This document shows, one piece after another, positions 61,678 to 64,000 of a DNA stretch of 64,000 nucleotides; position 1 is the first letter of the stretch, and every line of letters starts with the position of its first letter. The notes beneath the pieces were generated by a model. That model saw nothing but the letters and a program-made list of their open reading frames with translations. It ran no database searches and had not been told where the DNA came from. A program made the position numbers and the translations under genes. The stretch comes from Bdellovibrionales bacterium (lineage in GTDB: Bacteria; Bdellovibrionota; Bdellovibrionia; Bdellovibrionales; UBA1609): positions 224,001 to 288,000 of the forward strand of contig CBDBIB010000003.1 in NCBI GenBank assembly GCA_965205945.1, given 5' to 3'.

Positions 61678-62849
61678 AGAATGCTAAAGTGATTATTTTA
61701 TTTAATTTTTTATGGATGTTTATTCCAGTGATCTCAGTGCTTGTGCCCTTTATAATAAGTCTAGGGATTTCAATGACAGATTTTTTTTTACTCCAGTCAT
61801 TTTTCGGAGCGGTGATTGTAATCATGGAAATTCCTTCAGGATATGTTGCTGATCTTTTTGGAAGAAAAAAGGTGTTAATCTTTGGTGCTTTAACAAGTGG
61901 CTTAGGCTTTGTAGTCCTTTATTTTACAACTAAGCTTTGGCACCTTTATATTCATGAGTTTTTAGTAGCGACCTCTATGTCGCTTATAAGTGGTGCTGAT
62001 TATGCCTTATTTTTTGATTCAATAAAGGATCAAATAAAAACTACAAACAGAAGTGTTCAAGTAAAGTGGACTTCTTATTTTATGGCGGCAAGTTTTGTTG
62101 GAGAGGCTTGTGCGGCTTTGCTTAGTAGTATATTGAGTTTTTTTAGTATATCTTATGTAATGCTTGCAACGCTTATTGTGGGGTGGTTTCCATTTGTTAT
62201 CTCTTTTTTTCTTAAAGAGGTTAAAGTTAATAAAATGAACAAAAAAAAACATAAAGAAAATTTTAAATTGGTGTTTAAGTGTTTATTTATGGATTCAGTT
62301 TTTTTAAGACGGTTGATTCTAAATTTTGTTATTTGGTCACTGTCTACAATGTGTGTAGTATGGCTTATTCAAAAGTATTGGGAAGAAAATCACCTGCCTC
62401 TTATGTGGTTTGGTCTTTTATGGGCGGCCTATTCGGTTATAGGGGCTTTATCAAATCACTATTCTTATGAACTTGAAAATAGGTTTGGTTCAAAAGTAAT
62501 ATTAATGGTTTGTGCACTGTTGGTCTCGTGTGCTTACCTTATGGTTCCTCATGTAGGCTTTATTTTTGGAATTATAACGCTGTCTCTTTTTTATATTTCT
62601 AGAGGTATTTTTCAGCCATTGTTTAAAGAAGGTTTAAACCATAGACTTAGGGAGGAGTTTAGGGCTACAGCAAACTCAATTTATTCATTGATTTTTAGAC
62701 TAGCATTTGTAGTTATAGGACCGTTTTTAGGTTTATATGTAGATAAATTTGAATTAATGGGATTGTTTACAGTTTTAGGGGTTGTGTTTTTAAGTTTTAT
62801 AGTTGTCTTTCTTCTGCCTTTTTTAAATATGAAAGAGAACAAGATTTAA
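61674..62849 (+). CDS. MFS transporter
   Basis: MEIPSGYVADLFGRK, SGAD.A..FDS, RATANS; about 12 TM segments. Confidence 0.9.
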   Translation: MKNAKVIILFNFLWMFIPVISVLVPFIISLGISMTDFFLLQSFFGAVIVIMEIPSGYVADLFGRKKVLIFGALTSGLGFVVLYFTTKLWHLYIHEFLVATSMSLISGADYALFFDSIKDQIKTTNRSVQVKWTSYFMAASFVGEACAALLSSILSFFSISYVMLATLIVGWFPFVISFFLKEVKVNKMNKKKHKENFKLVFKCLFMDSVFLRRLILNFVIWSLSTMCVVWLIQKYWEENHLPLMWFGLLWAAYSVIGALSNHYSYELENRFGSKVILMVCALLVSCAYLMVPHVGFIFGIITLSLFYISRGIFQPLFKEGLNHRLREEFRATANSIYSLIFRLAFVVIGPFLGLYVDKFELMGLFTVLGVVFLSFIVVFLLPFLNMKENKI

Positions 62850-63061
62850 GGGAAACTTGGCTTTTTTAATAAGAAAGAATTTACAAAAATAAGTATTTTA
62901 TTGTTTGTATGGTTAAGGGCTTAAGTTTAAAAGGTAGCGTACTTATAATATTTAAAAGGAAAGATGAAAAACTAAGGAGCATTCATGACATCATCTAACT
63001 TGTAGGGCTTAATAATTGATTTTATTTTTTTAAAGTGAAGTTTGTTAAACAGGTAGTGTGT

Positions 63062-63544
63062 ATGGAATTAAAGTTAAAAAAAAATATCAATGTTGTACTT
63101 ATAGAGCCAGAAATCCCTAATAATACAGGAAATATAGGACGAACTTGTGTGGCTTTAGAGGCAAGGCTGCATTTAGTGGGCCCCTTAGGATTTGATTTGC
63201 ATGAGAAGAAGGTGCGTAGAGCTGGACTAGACTATTGGCCATATTTAAAACTACAGTATTACACCTGTGAGGAGGAGTTTTTTTCTAAGCTTCCTAAAGA
63301 AGATAAGAAAGCTTTTTTTTCTACGAAAGCTAAACGTTATTACTATGATTGTGATTTTTCTCATAGAACTCAGAATGTGTGGTTGATTTTTGGTAAAGAA
63401 ACTAAAGGATTAAGTGTGCAAGTTTTAAAGCGGTATCCAAACGATTTGTATAAAATTCCTATGCCGGGGCAGACAAGAAGTCTAAATTTGGCCAACTCTG
63501 TAGCAGTTGGTCTCTATGAGGCCTTTCGTCAAATCAAATCCTAG
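63062..63544 (+). CDS. trmL: tRNA (cytidine/uridine-34 2'-O)-methyltransferase
   Basis: EPEIPNNTGNIGR, RRAGLDYW, FGKETKGL, RSLNLANS. Confidence 0.95.
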   Translation: MELKLKKNINVVLIEPEIPNNTGNIGRTCVALEARLHLVGPLGFDLHEKKVRRAGLDYWPYLKLQYYTCEEEFFSKLPKEDKKAFFSTKAKRYYYDCDFSHRTQNVWLIFGKETKGLSVQVLKRYPNDLYKIPMPGQTRSLNLANSVAVGLYEAFRQIKS

Positions 63545-63576
63545 CACTTTAGTAAATTTGGGTTTAAAGTACTTTT

Positions 63577-64000
63577 ATGAAATTAATAACTAAAATATTT
63601 GGAACCCAGCATGATCGTGAGATGAAGAGACTTCGTCCACAGATTAATAGAATAAATGAGCTTGAGTCAAAATTTGAAAAACTACCAGATCAAGAGATTC
63701 AAAGGCAAACTCAACTTTTTAAAGAGCGACTTAGTAAAGGTGATGCTATAGATCAGCTTTTACCAGAAGCCTTTGCCGTATGTCGAGAGGCTGCAAAACG
63801 TGTTATGGGTATGCGTCATTATGATGTGCAGTTAATTGGTGGCTTAATTTTAAACCGAGGCTCAATTGCTGAGATGAGAACGGGTGAGGGTAAAACCTTA
63901 ATGGCAACACTCCCTATGTTCTTAAACGCCTTAACAGGCAAGGGTGCTCACGTTGTTACTGTGAATGACTATCTTGCTACTCGTGATGCTGAATGGATGG
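63577..64000 (+). CDS. secA: Preprotein translocase SecA, 5' part
   Basis: Not in ORF track. Manual translation [10 protein letters not shown]...LPEAFA...[11 protein letters not shown]...[11 protein letters not shown]...[17 protein letters not shown]. Confidence 0.97.
   Translation, partial: MKLITKIFGTQHDREMKRLRPQINRINELESKFEKLPDQEIQRQTQLFKERLSKGDAIDQLLPEAFAVCREAAKRVMGMRHYDVQLIGGLILNRGSIAEMRTGEGKTLMATLPMFLNALTGKGAHVVTVNDYLATRDAEWM

Noticed and set aside
1140..62470. Remaining short ORFs nested in or antisense to longer genes (for example 1140, 4114, 5613, 8892, 14471, 19095, 27329, 52816, 62019)
   Set aside because: They overlap well-supported genes and show no recognisable motifs.

Overview
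AT-rich bacterial chromosomal window, most consistent with a Bdellovibrionota-type Gram-negative organism (inferred from BamD together with DivIVA, an FQNC-type lipoprotein signal, PilZ/GYF and LysM proteins). It is mostly housekeeping: rnr (partial), valS, divIVA, tRNA-Ser(GGA), an arginine succinyltransferase-like operon ending in mltG, bamD-TPR-hpt, gatCAB-ppx, slt, yeaG-yeaH-ycgB, a menaquinone cluster with an embedded DAHP synthase and no menB, trmL and secA (partial). An accessory zone at about 33.2-41 kb holds gene remnants, an IS1595 left-end fragment, doxX, radD and a complete but inactivated IS1595 with an 8-bp target duplication. It also holds the best candidate for a new system: a four-gene operon of 2-aminophenol 1,6-dioxygenase beta and alpha subunits, a class-3 asparaginase-fold hydrolase whose Zn-binding residues are replaced, and a RidA/2-aminomuconate deaminase-like protein. 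A second, internally deleted IS1595 with different ends lies at 50.9-51.4 kb. All family calls come from motif recognition by eye; no searches were run.
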